From contig OZ245056.1 in assembly GCA_965224705.1 (NCBI GenBank), positions 2,816,001 to 2,880,000 of the forward strand: a stretch of DNA of 64,000 nucleotides. The letters are read 5' to 3'. Source of the stretch: Spirochaetaceae bacterium (lineage in GTDB: Bacteria > Spirochaetota > Spirochaetia > DSM-2461). The position numbers were made by a program, and so were the translations under genes. Positions 59,787 through 64,000 of this stretch are shown here, one piece after another. How positions within the stretch are numbered: the stretch's first letter is position 1; every line of letters starts with the position of its first letter. Under the pieces are notes generated by a model, which had not been told where the DNA came from, did not search any database, and worked only from the letters and a program-made list of their open reading frames with translations.

Positions 59787-60965
59787 CTACTCCTTAAGTG
59801 CCATCACTCCAGGGAGGGCTTTACCTTCAAGGTATTCCAGTGAAGCTCCTCCGCCCGTTGAGACATGATCTATTTTATCGGCCAGATTAAATTTATTGAC
59901 AGCCGCTACTGAGTCGCCTCCGCCAACAATAGTTAAACCCTGACAGTCGGCAACTATATTGGCAGCATCCAGAGTTCCCTTTGCAAAGGCTTCAAACTCA
60001 AACACGCCCATTGGGCCATTCCAGACAACAGTTTTCGCATCAGAAAGAAGATTTTTTACGGCTTCCACTGTTTTCGGCCCAACATCCATGGCTGATTTTC
60101 CATTCGGTACATTGACATTGTCCACGTATTGCGGGGCTGCTGTTTCCTTGAATTCATCGGCAACAACATGATCCAGGGGAAGAAGGACCTGTATCCCTCG
60201 ACTGTCAGCTTCTTTGAGAAAGGAACGGGCCGTATCCGCATAATCATCCTCAATCAGAGAGTTCCCTACCGTTTTACCCTGAACTTTCATGAATGTATAG
60301 GCCATTCCCCCACCAATAACGAAGGCATTCACCCTGTTGAGAAGTGATTCCAGAACAGCGATTTTAGATGAAACCTTTGCTCCCCCGATAATGGCAATGA
60401 AGGGCTTCTCCGGCTTCTCCAGGACTCTGTCAAAAAATGTGCATTCCTTTTCCATTAACAGACCTCCTGCTGACGGAAGCAGTTTTGCCAAACCCACCGT
60501 CGAAGCATGAGCACGATGCGCCGCACCAAATGCATCATTGACATACAAATCACCAAGTCTGGCCAGTGATTGACAGAAATCAGCATCATTATCTGTTTCC
60601 TGACTGTAGAATCGGGTATTCTCCAGGAGCAGGATTTCTCCGCTTTTCAGTCCGTCCGCCAGTTTCTCCACTTCGGGACCAATGACATCCGGGGCCATCA
60701 CAACATGGACGCCGGATAACTCCGATAAACGCTCTCTGATCTGGGTCATACTGTATTTCGGGTTTACCTGTCCTTTCGGCCGTCCCAGATGACTCATCAC
60801 AATGAGAGCAGCATCCCTGTCAAGAAGATTCTTGAGTGTGGGCAATGCACGTCTTATTCGTGTGTCATCGGAAATCACACCATTGACAACCGGGACATTG
60901 AAATCGACACGGACCAGAACCTTCTTCCCTGCCGGATTAATACTGTTTATTGTTCTTAAAACCAT
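59787..60965 (-). CDS. pgk: Phosphoglycerate kinase
   Basis: RVDFNVP, SHLGRP, NDAFGAAHRAHAS, WNGPMGVFE, STGGGASLE. Confidence 0.97.
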   Translation of the reverse strand: MVLRTINSINPAGKKVLVRVDFNVPVVNGVISDDTRIRRALPTLKNLLDRDAALIVMSHLGRPKGQVNPKYSMTQIRERLSELSGVHVVMAPDVIGPEVEKLADGLKSGEILLLENTRFYSQETDNDADFCQSLARLGDLYVNDAFGAAHRAHASTVGLAKLLPSAGGLLMEKECTFFDRVLEKPEKPFIAIIGGAKVSSKIAVLESLLNRVNAFVIGGGMAYTFMKVQGKTVGNSLIEDDYADTARSFLKEADSRGIQVLLPLDHVVADEFKETAAPQYVDNVNVPNGKSAMDVGPKTVEAVKNLLSDAKTVVWNGPMGVFEFEAFAKGTLDAANIVADCQGLTIVGGGDSVAAVNKFNLADKIDHVSTGGGASLEYLEGKALPGVMALKE

Positions 60966-60979
60966 AATTCTCCTCTACT

Positions 60980-61981
60980 TCACGCAATTTTCTGTGCAAG
61001 ATCAACGACTCTGGTTGAGTAGCCGAATTCATTATCATACCACGAAACAACCTTTACCAAACCATTCCCGAGTACCATGGTTAAACTGGAGTCAAAAATC
61101 GAGGAATGACTGTTCCCTTTGATGTCGGATGAAACCAGAGGGGCCTCAGAATACTCGATGATACCGTCCATAGCACCCTCTGCCGCTTTCTTAATTTCAT
61201 TGTTGACCTCCTGCGGCGTCACATCTGTCGATAGACTGGCAACAAAGTCTATAACGGATCCGACTGGAACTGGAACTCGCATTGCCATGCCATTGAGTTT
61301 CCCTTCAAGCTCTGGAATGACTTTTCCAATGGCTTCGGCAGCCCCCGTGCCTGTTGGTATGATGTTGAGGTTGGCTGCACGGGCCCTTCTTGGATCGGCA
61401 TGGGGGGTGTCAACAAGCACCTGATCGCTGGTGTACGCATGAACTGTCGTCATCAATCCCCCTTTTATTCCAAAGGAATCATGAAGTATTCTGACAATTG
61501 GGGCAAGGCAGTTCGTTGTGCAGCTTGCATTGGAATATGCGATGCTGTCTTCATCGATAGAATCATCATTCACCCCCAGGACAATTGTCCTGTCAATTTC
61601 ATCCCTGGCAGGAACGGTCAGTATGACTTTTCCGGCCCCTGCCTTGATATGATCCTTGTATCCACCTTTTTCACTCTCGGCAACTCGAAACAGACCAGTC
61701 GATTCAATGACAATATCAACGTCCAGATCTCCCCATGGTAAGTTCTTCGGACTGCGTTCGGCCAATGTCATAATTTTCTTACCATCAACCATAATACTGT
61801 TTCTACCGACCTCAACATGCCGATTATACACTCCGTAAGTAGAATCATGTTTCAATAAACCGGCCAGTATTTCTGTGTCGGCGATATCATTGATAGCAAC
61901 AATATCCATGCCGGGCCGTTCGCAGGCAATCTTGAAGACATTCCTGCCTATTCGTCCGAAACCGTTTATTGCAATTTTCAC
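60980..61981 (-). CDS. gap: Glyceraldehyde-3-phosphate dehydrogenase type I
   Basis: INGFGRIGR, NASCTTNCLAP, WYDNEFGY; GGAGG RBS before GTG 61981. Confidence 0.97.
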   Translation of the reverse strand: MKIAINGFGRIGRNVFKIACERPGMDIVAINDIADTEILAGLLKHDSTYGVYNRHVEVGRNSIMVDGKKIMTLAERSPKNLPWGDLDVDIVIESTGLFRVAESEKGGYKDHIKAGAGKVILTVPARDEIDRTIVLGVNDDSIDEDSIAYSNASCTTNCLAPIVRILHDSFGIKGGLMTTVHAYTSDQVLVDTPHADPRRARAANLNIIPTGTGAAEAIGKVIPELEGKLNGMAMRVPVPVGSVIDFVASLSTDVTPQEVNNEIKKAAEGAMDGIIEYSEAPLVSSDIKGNSHSSIFDSSLTMVLGNGLVKVVSWYDNEFGYSTRVVDLAQKIA

Positions 61982-62218
61982 ACGATCCTCCAGGAAACAG
62001 GGAGAATTCAAAACTATAACGGCTTTCTATTGATTTGGTCAATGGACAAAAATCCTGAACGATAAGTCGGGACTGTATCAGTAACACTCTCAGTTTCATT
62101 GCCGGGCCGTGAATATAAGCTCCCGGCGCTTCACGCATAGCACTGGCCAGTACTCATCACGTTAAAAATGGATCTCAACTTTTGAATACACCGTATATTG
62201 AATCGATATAATCCAGTT

Positions 62219-62833
62219 TTACGGCTGAGACCAGCCTATACCAAAGTTAACGTGCACCGTAAACTGACCCGCTCTGAATCCATCATTTGATTTCGCTGTC
62301 AGCCAGGAATAAGGATGCCAGGCGGTCATCACTCCCAGATTGAAGACAAAACTTCCAGGGCCGGGATGTATGTAGAAATTAGTTCCCATAGCCAATCCTA
62401 CGGAACTGGCAATGTCGAAGTCGAAATCTATGCCTAATAAATGCTTATCTGTATCTTGACCGGTGTTAACTCTCATATAATACAAGAGATCCAGGTAGAC
62501 TCCACCCCCAATAATAAGCCCGGTTCGTCCCCAGTCCAATGAACCGCCGTAACCAAGAATGGTGCTTAATCCCAGTGAAGTAGCTCCATTATCCCTCAAT
62601 CTGCCCTCGGGATAGGAGCCGCTCATTGAGAATCCTGAATTGGGATTGAGCTGCATATAGAAGCCCCCTTCCGATTCGCCAAGGAAAACAAAATTCAAAC
62701 CAAAACTCGTTAAGTAATTATCCTTGATCCCCAAATAATAACCGCTGGTATTCCATGTGAAGTTGATCAAAGCTGACTTTGCTGACAACGAGACTGTAAC
62801 AAATACCAGAATGGTTAGAAGAAGTTTTCGCAT
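62219..62833 (-). CDS. Hypothetical exported protein, probable small outer-membrane beta-barrel
   Basis: GGAGG RBS, signal peptide MRKLLL...SLSA, Gly/aromatic alternating strands, C-terminal VNFGIGW. Confidence 0.6.
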   Translation of the reverse strand: MRKLLLTILVFVTVSLSAKSALINFTWNTSGYYLGIKDNYLTSFGLNFVFLGESEGGFYMQLNPNSGFSMSGSYPEGRLRDNGATSLGLSTILGYGGSLDWGRTGLIIGGGVYLDLLYYMRVNTGQDTDKHLLGIDFDFDIASSVGLAMGTNFYIHPGPGSFVFNLGVMTAWHPYSWLTAKSNDGFRAGQFTVHVNFGIGWSQP

Positions 62834-63042
62834 TATGCCTCCAATCAATAGCCATAGTATGTGCTATATCCGCTGAATTGTCAATTAATCGACTCAAAAG
62901 TACGTGGTTGCCTCATAGCTAAAATTTACTCGAAATGCGGCAAACTGCTGGTTCCCCTTATCAGGGAGAACTTCAAAAGCCTGGAAAACAGGCTTCCGAT
63001 GAGTAAACTCAGCGGGAAAGAATGCTGTTTATTACGCCAGAT

Positions 63043-63058
63043 CAGTCCGACAGACTCC
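63043..63058. repeat. Solo terminal inverted repeat of the MITE family
   Basis: cagtccgacagactcc, identical to 17118-17133. Confidence 0.65.
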
Positions 63059-63150
63059 AGGGGGACAGGCATTACCCGGTTTATACAGGTCATCCACAGA
63101 AAAGGAGATTGCCGTCCCCAGCTATCTGGAGTAAGAAATAATTCCCACTA

Positions 63151-63224
63151 TGGGTCCACCAGGACTCGAACCTGGGACCAACGGATTATGAGTCCGTTGC
63201 TCTAACCAACTGAGCTATAGACCC
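63151..63224 (-). tRNA. tRNA with CAT anticodon (probably tRNA-Ile2, lysidine type)
   Basis: GGGTCTATAGCTCAGTTGGTTAGAGC...ACGGA-CTCATAA-TCCGT...GGTTCGAGTCC; G1-C72 pair and no triple G-C anticodon stem argue against initiator Met. Confidence 0.9.
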
Positions 63225-63400
63225 TGAAAAGTTGCTGAATGCTATACAGAATGACCATTCTCGTCAATAGCAGTGCTGAGAAGATATCCTACTGAGTTGC
63301 TCTGAACAAGAAATCACCAAGCCTGTCATGCGAAGCAGGATGTTCAGCAGCGACCGACTCTTCCACATCAAGTGCAGCACCATCAATTCGGCCTATCAAC

Positions 63401-63797
63401 CAGGGCAATCGCATCTAAAATCCACTAGCCAGAGTGTTCTTCAAAGCCTTATTCATGGGTTTTTAACCGCAGAGAACGCAGAGAGCGCAGAGTGTTCGAG
63501 ATAAATGTTGACCAATCTGTTTATGCTATAGAGACGAAAAAACCCGGACTAAAGTAAGACTTTTTCTCCATTTTTGGGCGTTTTGCCCGAAATGTGGGTG
63601 CGTCCATGCGCCCACGGGCAGCTCTAAGCGGTTTTAAGAGCTGCCCTATATCTCTCTGCGTACCTCTGCGTTCTCTGCGGTTTAATGCCGCTTTGAGGAG
63701 ATTCCACATTCTTTGAGACACTAGACAAAAATTTCCATTGACCTCGAAAATCAGTGTTTTCATTCTTTTTGGGACAGAATTAGATGCAATTACCCTG
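63401..63797. mobile_element. 397-bp ISAs1-type MITE/deleted IS with 10-bp target-site duplication
   Basis: Ends cagggcaatcgcatctaa / ttagatgcaattaccctg (18-bp IR, 2 mismatches), flanked by a perfect direct repeat gcctatcaac at 63391-63400 and 63798-63807. Confidence 0.85.
63463..63685. repeat. Element bounded by inverted (ACGCAGAG)n arms, nested in the ISAs1-type MITE
   Basis: ttaaccgcagagaacgcagagagcgcagag ... ctctgcgtacctctgcgttctctgcggtttaa; internal hairpins such as gggcagctct/agagctgccc (63616-63646). Confidence 0.75.
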
Positions 63798-64000
63798 GCC
63801 TATCAACCCAGAAATCCATAAACCCCTGGATAATAGCAAGTTTAAATGCAGACATGTGTTTGTATATCCATAGTATATGAGTCTTTCTTTTGACTTTACT
63901 AACCCTTTGAAGTAGGATTACTACAGGTTTGGGTGCAGGCCGCAATCATCGGCATTCGTCCACTTTCATTCACAATACAGGAATTAACCATGTTTCTAGC

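Noticed and set aside
62861..63205. 114-aa ORF
   Set aside because: It runs through a solo TIR and antisense into the tRNA; no motif support
1..64000. CRISPR array, rRNA, prophage or intact transposase/integrase
   Set aside because: No regularly spaced repeat-spacer array and no recognisable motifs for these

Overview
Bacterial chromosomal window, most likely a Spirochaetota (Spirochaetaceae-like) genome, judged from the gap-pgk-tpiA-secG cluster, spirochaete-type lipoprotein signals and a TP0733-like barrel; the taxon is inferred, not proven. (i) 1-17.1 kb is a beta-1,3-glucan (laminarin) utilisation locus with no SusC/SusD in the window. It encodes a clan-A glycoside hydrolase fused to a probable outer-membrane barrel, a 1507-aa multi-CBM surface lipoprotein, an Lpl-type ABC transporter, two near-identical GH16 domains and a GH161-like phosphorylase. 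(ii) 17.1-18.8 kb holds a CoA-disulfide reductase-rhodanese gene. (iii) 19.3-28.9 kb is an island bracketed by two direct copies of a 167-bp MITE. It encodes four tandem lipoproteins built from 17 copies of a Cys-free Ig-like repeat, three ending in Kelch-like propellers. (iv) 28.9-62.8 kb is mostly housekeeping: a PLP decarboxylase, a partial cbi cluster behind an Rrf2 regulator, an ABC transporter, rpiB, the purB-guaB-purA-guaA-deoD purine cluster (PurA has an unusual SHLN motif), tRNA-Gly, folD, htrA, map, nusB, secG, tpiA, pgk and gap. (v) The end of the window has a CAT-anticodon tRNA and a nested ISAs1-type MITE with a perfect 10-bp target-site duplication. All family assignments are from motif recognition; no database searches were run.
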